A stretch of 43,754 nt of DNA from a virus. The translations under genes were made by a program, and so were the position numbers. Each line of letters starts with the position of its first letter. Position 1 is the stretch's first letter. This document shows positions 12,937-22,801 of this stretch, in pieces. The notes below the pieces were generated by a model that ran no database searches, was not told where the DNA came from, and worked only from the letters and a program-made list of their open reading frames with translations. The stretch lies in the IMG/VR virus record IMGVR_UViG_3300029478_000005. One strand, given 5' to 3'.

Positions 12937-14820
12937 ATGAAGAAAGACGATAAGCAGACAAAAGACCTTGAAAAATGGCAGGGCAAGCTATCCAACGCGA
13001 AAGCTGCATACAGTGACACCCTGGAAAAGATGCGCAAGCGCGAGGCCATGTACTACGGCAGCCACGAGATACAGGGTGCCAAAAAAGACGCCACGAATGT
13101 GCGCAATATTATCTATGAGCTGATTGAAAGTCAGGTGGATTCCAGCTACCCGATGCCGAAGGTCACAGCCATCCATGCGGAAGACCAGGACTTGGCGCGA
13201 AAGGCCGAAAACATGCTGCGCAATCAGGCACGGCGGATGCGGTTTATTGAACTGAATGACAGAAGCGAACGCACAGTGCCGGTGCAGGGCGCGGACTTTT
13301 TCCATGTGGAGTGGAACCCGGTTGCAGGGTATCACTGCACGCTGGGCGATGTTGAAGTAGAGATGCGTCACCCACGGCAGGTCATTCCGCAGCCGGGTGT
13401 GTACCGCATTGAGGATATGGATTATATCTTTGTGCAGGTCTCAAAGAGCAAGGATTCGCTGGAAGCGCGGTACGGCATTACCATTGAGACCGACACAGAG
13501 GACGCGCCGGACGCACGCGGGGGCGATGACAGCACCCACACAGGCGTTGTGACGCAGAACATTGTCTATTACAAGCACGACAAGGGCACAGTAGGTATGT
13601 TTAGCTGGGTAGGGTGTCAGGTGCTTGAAGATTTCCCCGATTATTATGCGCGCACGGCAGAGGTCTGCACGAAATGCGGACGACGGCGCGTGGGGGATGT
13701 CTGTGTTTGCGGTAGCAAGAAGTTCAAAGAACAGCCGGTGCAGACACTTACGCTGACACAGGATGTACTTCTTAGCAGCGGCGAGGTGCTGCCTGCACAG
13801 GTGCCGGGCGAGGATGTGCCCATTGTGAACCCGGACGGCAGTGTGCAGCGTGACAACGAGAGCGGCGAGGTCATTATGATGCCGGGCGAGATGCAGGCCA
13901 ACGAGATACCGGCCTACAAACCGCACGGGTTCCCGATTGTGGAGCGGATAAACATTGCGGCATCGGACAAGTTTTTGGGCGTGTCGGATGTAGATATTAT
14001 CGCTGACCAGCAGCAGGCTATCAACAAATACGGCACGAAGATTCAGGAAAAGCTGCTGAAAGGCGGCAGTTGGGTAGTGCTGCCGGAGGGCGTAAATGCA
14101 GAGCTGAACGATAACGAGCTGAAAATTTTGCGCGTAGACAACCCGAGCCAGAAAGCCATGATCGATGTTATCAATGTGCAGCCCAATGTGCAGAACGACC
14201 AGAACATGCTGGAAATGAATTACACTTGGGCGAAATCCACTTTGGGCATTACGGACGCATTCCAGGGCAAGTACGATTCTTCCGCTACATCGGGCAGTGC
14301 GAAGCAGTTCAGCGCGAACCAGAGCGCAGGCCGTTTGCAGAGCAAGCGCGAGATGAAGAACAACGCCTATGCGAAGCTGTACCGCATGATGTTTGAGTTT
14401 TTGCTGGCGTATGCCGATGAGCCGTACCCGATGACCGAGACCGACACGGACGGCGAACAGCAGTTCGGGCATTTTGACAGGATGGAGTTTTTGAAGCGGG
14501 ACGCAGCCGGGGAATTGTACTGGAACGATGAATTTATCATTGAAGTAGACCCGGCATCGAACCTTGCAAGCAACCGCGAGCGGCTGTGGGATATGGTCGA
14601 TGTGAAGTATCAGGCGGGCGGTTTTGGCAACATTAACGAGCCTGCAAGTCAGTACCGGCTGTGGACTTTCCTGAAAGAGACCGGATTCCCGTATGCAGCC
14701 ACAATGCAGAAATCCATCAAAGAGGAGATGGACAAACAGGAAGCTATGCAGCAGGGGGTGATTGCAAATGACATGGCAGGAAATCAAGTTGGCAACCTTG
14801 CAGAAAATGTTCAGCTCTGA
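12937..14820 (+). CDS. Portal protein (627 aa)
   Basis: Size; motif NIIYELIESQVDSSYPMPKV and the acidic C-terminus are recalled from portal families. AGGAGTG RBS. Confidence 0.7.
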   Translation: MKKDDKQTKDLEKWQGKLSNAKAAYSDTLEKMRKREAMYYGSHEIQGAKKDATNVRNIIYELIESQVDSSYPMPKVTAIHAEDQDLARKAENMLRNQARRMRFIELNDRSERTVPVQGADFFHVEWNPVAGYHCTLGDVEVEMRHPRQVIPQPGVYRIEDMDYIFVQVSKSKDSLEARYGITIETDTEDAPDARGGDDSTHTGVVTQNIVYYKHDKGTVGMFSWVGCQVLEDFPDYYARTAEVCTKCGRRRVGDVCVCGSKKFKEQPVQTLTLTQDVLLSSGEVLPAQVPGEDVPIVNPDGSVQRDNESGEVIMMPGEMQANEIPAYKPHGFPIVERINIAASDKFLGVSDVDIIADQQQAINKYGTKIQEKLLKGGSWVVLPEGVNAELNDNELKILRVDNPSQKAMIDVINVQPNVQNDQNMLEMNYTWAKSTLGITDAFQGKYDSSATSGSAKQFSANQSAGRLQSKREMKNNAYAKLYRMMFEFLLAYADEPYPMTETDTDGEQQFGHFDRMEFLKRDAAGELYWNDEFIIEVDPASNLASNRERLWDMVDVKYQAGGFGNINEPASQYRLWTFLKETGFPYAATMQKSIKEEMDKQEAMQQGVIANDMAGNQVGNLAENVQL

Positions 14821-15373
14821 CGGGACAACGATTGATGCGAACGATGATGCCATAAGCGAGTATTTGAACGCGATGCCGCAGGCAGCCAACGAAGCGCTAC
14901 AGATGCTTGCGACAGCAGGGCGGTATATCCGCAAAAGCACGACCATTGAAAAGAGCAAGGGCGAAACCTTTGCACTGGATATGACCAGCGAGCTAAAGGA
15001 CTTTTACCGGATCGGCACGTTGGAAGTTTACAGCCTTGACGATAACGGTGTGCCGACAAAGTACAACGGCGCTGCGTTTATGGCCGGGAAGTACATGAAA
15101 TTCCCCGAAGATGCCGAGGGCATTTTTGAGATTTTTTATGATGCAAAGCCGACAGCAATCACGCTAAACACGCCGGACGATACAAAAATCAACCTGCCGG
15201 ACGATGCTGTTGTGTTGCTGCCCCTGTATATGGCAAGCCAGCTGTACAAGGACGATGATATTGCGGTGAGCACCTATTACCGCAACGAGTTTGAGGTTGC
15301 CTTTGAGCGGCTGAAAAACCCGGACAGAATGCCGACACAGGAGAGCTGGGGCAACAATACAGGGTGGTGGTAA
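14768..15373 (+). CDS. Head-tail adaptor/connector-like protein (201 aa)
   Basis: Follows the portal with an overlap. The VVLLPLYMASQLYKDDD...RNEFE pattern resembles adaptor families. Confidence 0.45.
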   Translation: MTWQEIKLATLQKMFSSDGTTIDANDDAISEYLNAMPQAANEALQMLATAGRYIRKSTTIEKSKGETFALDMTSELKDFYRIGTLEVYSLDDNGVPTKYNGAAFMAGKYMKFPEDAEGIFEIFYDAKPTAITLNTPDDTKINLPDDAVVLLPLYMASQLYKDDDIAVSTYYRNEFEVAFERLKNPDRMPTQESWGNNTGWW

Positions 15374-15376
15374 GAG

Positions 15377-17227
15377 ATGGCTTTTGCGATACCTGAAATC
15401 CCGAGCCGGAGTGTTATTAAGCTGACGCAGTTTTACGGCGTGGATTTCACCTCAAACCCGTTCAATGTGAGCGTGACGCAAAGCCCCTATGCGGAGAACA
15501 TGATACGCAGTGAACCCGGCAAGGTGCGCAAGCGCATGGGCTATGAGACCATGTACAAATTTACCGGGAGAATCAACGGGCACTATGCGAGAAAGAAAGA
15601 CAAATATGACCTGATACACGCCGGGACCGGGCTGTATGTCATGAAGGACACACCACAGCTTTTGTACAGCGAAATGAACGATGCGAAAAGCTATGCGTGG
15701 CAGTTTGGCGACAACCTTTACATTGTGGACGGCAAAAAGTTTCTTGTCTATGACGGCACTACCGCGAAGCCGGTGGAGGATGCCGCTTATATCCCGACAG
15801 TGACGATTGCAAAAGCCCCGAACGGCGGCGGCAAGCAGTATGATGCGCTGAACCTATTGCAGCCGAAATTCAAAGAAAAGTTCCTTGCGGACGGAACGAG
15901 CAAAGAATATCATTTAAGTTTTTCTGGGCTGGACGATGCCAATGTGACGGTGCGCCAGCTGCAGAAGGACGGCACATGGAAAGAAATCAGCGGTTTTACC
16001 TGCAACGCAGAAAAAGGCATTGTGAGCTTTACTACCGCACCGGAAAAAAGCCCTGTTACCGGTGAGGACAACATTGAAATCGAAGCACGGCGCACTGTAA
16101 AGGGATACAGAGACAGAATCAACAAGTGCTGCATCGGCGCGCGGTTTGGTGTAAACGGCGATGTAGACCGTTTGTTTTTGAGCGGGAACCCGGATTACAT
16201 CAACTACGACTGGTACAGCCAGAAGGACGACCCGACTTACTTCCCCGATACGGGGTACAGCGTGCTTGGCACGAACAAGAGCGCGGTTGTGGGGTATACC
16301 ATCATTGAAAACCGATTGGCTGCCCACAAGGACGACTACGAGCCGGACAGAAATATTATCCTGCGCAGCGGAAACTTAGTGGACAGCGAAGCGGCTTTCC
16401 CGATTTACAACACGATGAAAGGCCCCGGCGCGATTGCGAGAGACAGTTTTGCCTACCTGCAGAATGAACCGGTGTTTTTGACGAGCGCCGGTATCTATGC
16501 CATTGCGGCCAGCGACATCAACGCGGAGCGTTACAGTCAGGATAGAAGCTACTACCTAAACGGCAGGCTTTTGGACGAAAGCAATTTGAGCGGCGCTTGC
16601 GCCTGCGTGTACAACGACATGTATTGGCTGTGCGTGAACGGACATGCCTATGTGCTGGACGGGCTGCAAAACCTTGGCTTGACAAAGAGTGAGCCGTATT
16701 CAAACCGGCAGTATGTTGGATTTTACTGCACAAACGTTCCGGCGCGGCTGCTGTTTGTAAAAGATGGGGCGCTGTGGTTTGGCACGAATGACGGCAGAGT
16801 GTGCCGGTTTTTTACAGACGAGACGAACTACCTTAGCTACAGTGACGATGGAAAGGCCATTGCGGCAAGCTGGCAGACGCCGTATGTAAGCGGCAGTAAC
16901 TTTTACAAGACCAAGACATTCAAGCATCTGGCAGTGCAGTTGGTAAACTCTGCATCGGCGGGCGTGCGGATTTCTGCCATTGTAAAGGGCGAGTGGAAAA
17001 CCATCAAGGAATTTCTGAACGGTGTGAGCTACTTTAGCTATTCACGCCTTTCGTACTCACATTTGTGCTATTCCAACGATACAAGCCCGAAGACATTCCA
17101 CTCAAAGCTGCGCATCAAGCGAGTGGACAAATGCAGTTTCCGATTTGAGAATGACATGCTGCATGAATCCTTTGGCATTGTGCAGGCCAGTATCGAGTAT
17201 GTAGAGGGCGGCAACTATAAGGGGTGA
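15377..17227 (+). CDS. Large tail structural protein (616 aa; nozzle/tubular-type, putative)
   Basis: Position between adaptor and fibres. Beta-rich sequence. No tube, sheath or tape-measure genes anywhere. Confidence 0.45.
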   Translation: MAFAIPEIPSRSVIKLTQFYGVDFTSNPFNVSVTQSPYAENMIRSEPGKVRKRMGYETMYKFTGRINGHYARKKDKYDLIHAGTGLYVMKDTPQLLYSEMNDAKSYAWQFGDNLYIVDGKKFLVYDGTTAKPVEDAAYIPTVTIAKAPNGGGKQYDALNLLQPKFKEKFLADGTSKEYHLSFSGLDDANVTVRQLQKDGTWKEISGFTCNAEKGIVSFTTAPEKSPVTGEDNIEIEARRTVKGYRDRINKCCIGARFGVNGDVDRLFLSGNPDYINYDWYSQKDDPTYFPDTGYSVLGTNKSAVVGYTIIENRLAAHKDDYEPDRNIILRSGNLVDSEAAFPIYNTMKGPGAIARDSFAYLQNEPVFLTSAGIYAIAASDINAERYSQDRSYYLNGRLLDESNLSGACACVYNDMYWLCVNGHAYVLDGLQNLGLTKSEPYSNRQYVGFYCTNVPARLLFVKDGALWFGTNDGRVCRFFTDETNYLSYSDDGKAIAASWQTPYVSGSNFYKTKTFKHLAVQLVNSASAGVRISAIVKGEWKTIKEFLNGVSYFSYSRLSYSHLCYSNDTSPKTFHSKLRIKRVDKCSFRFENDMLHESFGIVQASIEYVEGGNYKG

Positions 17228-17231
17228 TACC

Positions 17232-18275
17232 ATGAGAAAAATCACAGAGACCGACCTTGCCGGAAAAGGGAACCTTGGCAGGCCGGATATACCGGGCGTA
17301 TCGACAACAGAGATGCAGCGCATTTTAGACGAGCTTTCCCGCGAGGTCATTGTGCCTGCCTTTAACGAGCTTTCCGAGCAGGTGGAAACTGCCGTAAACG
17401 AACGATACACCAAAGAGGAAGCCGACAGAAAGCTGAATGAAAAGGTGTTTGAAATCGGTGCCGGTGACATGGCAAAGTCGGTGTACGACCCGGGCAACAA
17501 CGGTGTGAATGTGACTGTGCAGCCGTGGAACTGCGTAAAGTCCGGCACGGTTTATTATCTGTCCGGTTCCGGTACTACAGGCAGATGTAAGATTCCTGAA
17601 GCATGGACAAGCGGGGACACTTTCTCTGTCAATGGAAATGTGGTGCCTGCCTACTGCGGGGCTGATACTGTGGACGGAGATACAATCGTTGCCGGGAGAT
17701 GGGTGCTGTTTACCTATGACGGTACACAGCTAAATTTTAGCGGCGGCGGTGGATTGGGTTTAAGCAAGCTGGCGCAGGCCACCGCTGCTGCTGACAATGT
17801 GCTGGCGGGCAAAAGCTTTTATGCTGTGGATAAGACGCTTAAAGAAGGGTCTATGCCGAATCGGGGCGCAGTGGACACAACTATAAACCCGGGAAGTTCT
17901 TACGCAGTCCCCGCAGGATACCACAACGGCGAAGGCCGCGTAAAGGCGGCAACATGGACAAAAGACAAATATTTATATCTGGTTATACAGTATCAGGGCG
18001 GCTACGGAAACCCTATTCCGGAGTATGCGGCAACAGTGGTTGCACAAGGCATACCGGAGCCCGGTTTTCTAGCGCATTATAGTGGCGCTGGAAATGGCAA
18101 TGCAGTTACAAATGTATGCAATGCCAATATGCTGAATATTGGAGCCTATGCCGGAAACGGCACGGCACAGATAACACCACTAACCTACCTATATGACATT
18201 TTCCACAAAACGAATCATGATCCGGGTGTTGTTTATACATTAGGCGCCGGAGTTTATTGTTACCGTATGAGATGA
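17232..18275 (+). CDS. Tail fibre/receptor-binding protein (347 aa)
   Basis: N-terminal motif GRPDIPGVSTTEMQRILDELS, common in Firmicutes phage fibre proteins (from memory). Gly-rich beta C-terminus. Confidence 0.5.
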   Translation: MRKITETDLAGKGNLGRPDIPGVSTTEMQRILDELSREVIVPAFNELSEQVETAVNERYTKEEADRKLNEKVFEIGAGDMAKSVYDPGNNGVNVTVQPWNCVKSGTVYYLSGSGTTGRCKIPEAWTSGDTFSVNGNVVPAYCGADTVDGDTIVAGRWVLFTYDGTQLNFSGGGGLGLSKLAQATAAADNVLAGKSFYAVDKTLKEGSMPNRGAVDTTINPGSSYAVPAGYHNGEGRVKAATWTKDKYLYLVIQYQGGYGNPIPEYAATVVAQGIPEPGFLAHYSGAGNGNAVTNVCNANMLNIGAYAGNGTAQITPLTYLYDIFHKTNHDPGVVYTLGAGVYCYRMR

Positions 18276-18285
18276 GGGCTAAAGC

Positions 18286-20787
18286 ATGGCAGAGAACACA
18301 ATTATTCATGAAATCAGCCTTGTCGGGTACAAAGCTGCTTCCGCCGGCGGCATGCTGGATTTGGGCACATGGGGCAGCTACGGCATTGAAAAGCTGCACC
18401 TTACACTGGATGCGGCATGGCAGGATTTGACCATTACGGCGTTTTTCAATGTAAAAGGCAAGGTTGTGGCAAAGAAGGTCGTGGGGAAGGACGGCTATGC
18501 AGATGTGCCGTGGGAAGCCACAAAGGAAAGCACTTTTGCCGGGCGCATTGTGTTCGAGGGCAGCATGAACGGCCAGCGGCGTATTACCACAGACCTGAAC
18601 TACAAGGTCTCGAACCACAGCGAGATAACGGACATCGACCCTGTTCCGACAGATGACCGCTGGAACCAATTTGTGACCCAGAACAAAGAGTACCGCGACG
18701 GTGCGTATGAAGCAGCCACAAAAGCTGAAGCGCGAGCAGAGGACGCAGAGGCGGCCAGCGAAGATGCGCAGGCCGCCATGCGTGCCGCGAAGGCCAGTGA
18801 AGACGCAGCTGCGGCCAGCAAAATTGCAGCAAAAAACAGTGAGGACAAGGCAAAAGCCAGTGCGGATGCGGCAGCGGTAAGCGAGGGCAACGCCAACGCC
18901 AGCGAGAGAGCGGCAGCGAGCAGTGCGGCGGCAGCTGCAACAAGTGAGGGCAACGCCGCAGAAAGTGCTAAGAATGCCGCCAGTGCGGCGAAGAAAGCGG
19001 CGGACGAGAGTGTAGCTGCAAACATCGCTACTATCGAGAAGATGCAGACTGATGTTGCAAATAAGCAGGCCGCTGCTGCCGCCAGTGAGAAGGCCGCTGC
19101 GGCAAGTGCTGTTGCCGCTGCAGGCAGTGCCGCACAGGCGGAAGCGCAGAAAACGGCGGCGGCAAAGTCCGCCAGTGATGCACAGGCTTACATGCAAACA
19201 GCAAGCGGCGCGGCAACGGCTGCTAATGCAAGCGCGGAAAACGCGGCGGGGTCAAAAGCTGCGGCGGGAAATTCTGCAAGCGCTGCGGCGGGAAGTGAAC
19301 AGGCAGCAGGGGCATCGGAAGTGAAAGCAGCTGAAAGTAAACGTGCTGCAAAGGCGAGTGAACAGGCCGCGGCAAAATCCGCACAGGCAGCACTGGAAAG
19401 TAAAACCGCTGCGGCAACCAGCGAGGTAAACGCTGCTGCAAGTGCGAAGAAGGCACAGGACGTTTCTGACAGCCTGCCCGCGGATTACACGACGGCAGTA
19501 AATGATATTGGCACGCTGAAAAACCAGATGCAGCGTGCCTACCCAGATGACAGCACCATTGGTGAAAATCCGTGGAGCAGCAAGCACATCGTAGACATGC
19601 TCTGTCCGCCGCTGGAAGAAAGCAGCAACCCTGTTGTGTGCTACCCTGTGGCGGAATATCCACTTGGCGTAAAGGCAAAGTGGGAGCCCACGCAGGAGGG
19701 GAGTGTGGAGCCGTCGCCTGAGAACATCCGGCCTATTAAGGGACGTGACAGCGTGACAGTTAATCGGGCGGATGGATTACGGGCGTGGGGAATGCTGACG
19801 CTGGACGGGACGGAGCATTGGATTGCGAGCGACAACGTTGTTGAAGGAATGCGTTCATATTTTGTTCCAAATGCTGTGGTTGTAACGAATACGCCGATTG
19901 CGACAAGGTCAACCGAAGTATGTACTCATTACAGAATCATGGAGTACAATGCCGGAGTCGAATCTGCTCTTTTAAGTGCTGAACCGTATGCGTACATAGT
20001 TACGAACCGTTTTGATTCTGTGGAAGAATTAAAAGCCTACCTTGCCGCCCAGCACGCCGCAGGCACGCCTGTACAAATTGCTTATAAGTTGAAAAAGCCA
20101 GCTGTTGTGCCAGATACGAATGGTATCTTTTTTTCGGAGCAACCGGCTCAAGGGGGAATGGGCGACCCATCGCCTGACAACATTCGGCCAATTTTGATAA
20201 ATAACACAGTGCAAGTAGGCCAAACCAACACCCTGACCCTGCCTGAAACCGTGTATGGCGGTGAGGTGGACGCGGTGACGGGAGATGGAAAAGAGACGTG
20301 GAAAACGCTGACGCTGGACGGGACGGAAGAGTGGGGCATAGAACAAACCAATACTCCTGGCAAATTTGGTTTCACATTTCAAGTGCCTGAAATAGCCACT
20401 CCCACGAGCCCCAATATTACTGGTAGTATTGTATGCAATCAATATCCGACAGTTTCGGCAAATGATACATACCAATGCAAAAACGGAATATCAGTTGAAG
20501 CAGACAACAACCACTATTTCAGAATTTACAATGATACATACGCGGGAGGAACAACAGACGAGTGGAAGTCTCACCTTGCCAACCAGTACGCCGCAGGAAC
20601 ACCTGTGCAAGTTTGCTACAAGCTGGTGGAGCCCATCCCCTTTACGGCCACCGGCGCACAGCCCATCCCCGCGCTTGCGGGTGTGAACACCGTGCTGACC
20701 GATGCCGACAGCGCGACTGTGACGGGACGCGCAGACCCCATTAAACGCATTACCGATTTGGAAGATGCTGTTGCATCTCAAACATGA
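18286..20787 (+). CDS. Tail fibre with Ala/Ser/Glu-rich coiled-coil shaft and duplicated distal domain (833 aa)
   Basis: About 240 aa of A-x-x-S-x-x-A periodic sequence, then two homologous modules (PSPENIRPI...TLDGTEHW...AAGTPVQIAYKL and PSPDNIRPI...TLDGTEEW...AAGTPVQVCYKL). Confidence 0.65.
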   Translation: MAENTIIHEISLVGYKAASAGGMLDLGTWGSYGIEKLHLTLDAAWQDLTITAFFNVKGKVVAKKVVGKDGYADVPWEATKESTFAGRIVFEGSMNGQRRITTDLNYKVSNHSEITDIDPVPTDDRWNQFVTQNKEYRDGAYEAATKAEARAEDAEAASEDAQAAMRAAKASEDAAAASKIAAKNSEDKAKASADAAAVSEGNANASERAAASSAAAAATSEGNAAESAKNAASAAKKAADESVAANIATIEKMQTDVANKQAAAAASEKAAAASAVAAAGSAAQAEAQKTAAAKSASDAQAYMQTASGAATAANASAENAAGSKAAAGNSASAAAGSEQAAGASEVKAAESKRAAKASEQAAAKSAQAALESKTAAATSEVNAAASAKKAQDVSDSLPADYTTAVNDIGTLKNQMQRAYPDDSTIGENPWSSKHIVDMLCPPLEESSNPVVCYPVAEYPLGVKAKWEPTQEGSVEPSPENIRPIKGRDSVTVNRADGLRAWGMLTLDGTEHWIASDNVVEGMRSYFVPNAVVVTNTPIATRSTEVCTHYRIMEYNAGVESALLSAEPYAYIVTNRFDSVEELKAYLAAQHAAGTPVQIAYKLKKPAVVPDTNGIFFSEQPAQGGMGDPSPDNIRPILINNTVQVGQTNTLTLPETVYGGEVDAVTGDGKETWKTLTLDGTEEWGIEQTNTPGKFGFTFQVPEIATPTSPNITGSIVCNQYPTVSANDTYQCKNGISVEADNNHYFRIYNDTYAGGTTDEWKSHLANQYAAGTPVQVCYKLVEPIPFTATGAQPIPALAGVNTVLTDADSATVTGRADPIKRITDLEDAVASQT

Positions 20788-20801
20788 AAGGAGAAATCAC
20801 A

Positions 20802-21068
20802 ATGGCTATTAAGAGTAAAGCACGGCACGATTTGACCCTGCGCAGTATCAAGCGAGAGATTGCAGCAGGGCGCGATGTTGCCTTTTGGCTGGACAAGGCG
20901 TACACGCACTACGACAACGGCCTGCTGACCGAAGATGACATTGCCGAGGTAGAGACGCTGGCGCAAGAATACTACGATGCGGTGGATGCGAGAGAGAGCG
21001 CAGACGAGGTTACGGAGACGCCGGATGTGCCGGAGGTTGACGGCGCTGAAAATACCACCGACGAATGA
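20802..21068 (+). CDS. Small acidic protein (88 aa), XkdX-like position after the fibre
   Basis: AAGGAG RBS before ATG 20802. W..KAYTHYDNGLLTEDDI motif. Confidence 0.4.
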   Translation: MAIKSKARHDLTLRSIKREIAAGRDVAFWLDKAYTHYDNGLLTEDDIAEVETLAQEYYDAVDARESADEVTETPDVPEVDGAENTTDE

Positions 21069-22330
21069 TAGGAAGTGATACCATGATTTTTAACTGGAGA
21101 AATCTCGTGAAGTACCCGTACAGCTGCTACGGTTACACGCGCGGCGGTGGCAAGACTTGGCACGGCGGCATTGACGTTTGCGGGTTGGATGACGACAAAA
21201 TCCGCATGCCCGGCTACAACGGCAAGAGCATTGCAGGAACCGTTGTTACAGCCCGCATCGTGACGAACAAGAGCAATAAGACATGGGAATGGGGCTATTA
21301 TATCTGCGTGAAGCTGGACGCAAACCAGACCCCGGATGCAGTGAATTACCTGTATTTTTGCCACTGCTCCAAGTTGCTTGCGAGCGTAGGGCAGAAAGTA
21401 AAGACCGGCGATGTGCTGGCGGTTGTCGGACAGACTGGCAACGCCGCAGGCACATGGACGCACTGCCACTTTGAAGTGCGAGCCACTGCCACGAGCAAGG
21501 GCCTTGACCCGACTGCGTATGCAGGCATACCCAACAAGGCGGGCACATACGGCGACCAGCCTGCGCAGACAAGTGGCGAAGAAGTGCTGATTGATGTGTC
21601 CCACCATCAGGGTGCTATTGACTGGGCAAAGGTTCAATACCGTGCCATTGTTCGCATCGGTTATCGCGGCTACGGCACTGGAAAACTGATGAAGGACGAG
21701 CAGTACGATGCCAACCTTGCAGGGGCGAAAGCAAACGGAAAGCTGTTTGGCTTTTACTTCTTCTCGCAGGCCATCACGGTGGAAGAAGCCCGCGAGGAAG
21801 CAGACTTCTGCGCAAGCCTTGCCCCGTCAGGCTATCCATTGTTCTTCGACAGCGAATGGGGACACACAACCAAGACCGGCGTTTACGATGGCCGCGCCGA
21901 CAACCTGACGAAAGACCAGCGCACGGCAATTGCAATGGCGTTCTGTGAGGGAGCCAAAGCGCACGGATTCACGGCTGGCATTTATACTTTTACAGCCTTT
22001 GCAACCGCAAACATCGACTACGCCTACCTGTGTGAAGATTACATCGGCTGGCTGGCCGACACGCGCACGAACTACGACAAGACGCTGCCGCGATACATCC
22101 ACCAGTACAGCCAGACCGCAGAGGGCGGCGTGCCGGGTATCACTGGCGTGGTTGATTTGAACCATCTGGTCAAAGCCATGCCGGAGAAGGACAAGCCCAC
22201 CGATAACACCGGAGAGCTACAAGTGATTACCGTCGGGCCGGTGTCGCAGGGGGACGCGGATGCGGTGTATCTGTTGTGCAAGCAGCGCGGATTGACGGAT
22301 GCAGGGCTGTACAAATCTGAATGGGTCTGA
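21065..22330 (+). CDS. Bifunctional endolysin: M23 peptidase + GH25 muramidase (421 aa; alternative start 21083)
   Basis: M23: WHGGIDV...HCHFEV. GH25: IDVSHHQGAIDWAKV...GFYFFSQA. Followed by holins. Confidence 0.88.
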   Translation: MIGSDTMIFNWRNLVKYPYSCYGYTRGGGKTWHGGIDVCGLDDDKIRMPGYNGKSIAGTVVTARIVTNKSNKTWEWGYYICVKLDANQTPDAVNYLYFCHCSKLLASVGQKVKTGDVLAVVGQTGNAAGTWTHCHFEVRATATSKGLDPTAYAGIPNKAGTYGDQPAQTSGEEVLIDVSHHQGAIDWAKVQYRAIVRIGYRGYGTGKLMKDEQYDANLAGAKANGKLFGFYFFSQAITVEEAREEADFCASLAPSGYPLFFDSEWGHTTKTGVYDGRADNLTKDQRTAIAMAFCEGAKAHGFTAGIYTFTAFATANIDYAYLCEDYIGWLADTRTNYDKTLPRYIHQYSQTAEGGVPGITGVVDLNHLVKAMPEKDKPTDNTGELQVITVGPVSQGDADAVYLLCKQRGLTDAGLYKSEWV

Positions 22331-22351
22331 CGCCCGGAACGGAAGTGAAAA

Positions 22352-22603
22352 ATGACAGATTGGGATATTGTCAAGGACACTGTTGTGCTTGTTGGACTGA
22401 TTGTCACTGTCACAACACCGCTTTTAAAACTAAATACCAGTATCACGCAGTTGAAGGCGCTACTGGACAGTGTGGTAAAGCAGGTGCAGGATAACGACAG
22501 GAGCAACAGCGCGAGCCATAAACGGTTGTGGGAGCACAACGAAGAGCAAGATGAAACGCTGCAACGGCATGAGCAGCGTTTGCACGATTTGGACGGAAAG
22601 TGA
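22352..22603 (+). CDS. Holin-like protein, one TM + coiled coil (83 aa; BhlA/UviB-like architecture)
   Basis: TM VVLVGLIVTVTTPLL followed by a charged helical tail. Lysis-cassette position. Confidence 0.5.
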   Translation: MTDWDIVKDTVVLVGLIVTVTTPLLKLNTSITQLKALLDSVVKQVQDNDRSNSASHKRLWEHNEEQDETLQRHEQRLHDLDGK

Positions 22604-22614
22604 GGTACAGCTCT

Positions 22615-22797
22615 ATGGGTGATTTTATCAAAAACATTGCAGCGCTTTTCAAGGTAAAAACCATTGTGACGCTGGTTGTCGTTGCAGTGTTTGCGGCATT
22701 GGCGCTGCGGGAGAAATTACAGCCTGACACGGTCATGACCATTGTGACGATGGTCGTGGCCTTTTATTTTGGCACGCAGAGTGAGCGGAAGGGGTGA
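22615..22797 (+). CDS. Holin, two TM helices (60 aa)
   Basis: IVTLVVVAVFAALAL and VMTIVTMVVAFYF, with a charged C-terminus. Confidence 0.6.
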   Translation: MGDFIKNIAALFKVKTIVTLVVVAVFAALALREKLQPDTVMTIVTMVVAFYFGTQSERKG

Positions 22798-22801
22798 CAC
22801 T

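Noticed and set aside
18286-20787. Diversity-generating retroelement targeting the fibre
   Set aside because: No reverse transcriptase is present anywhere. The duplicated modules differ at all base types rather than only at adenines.
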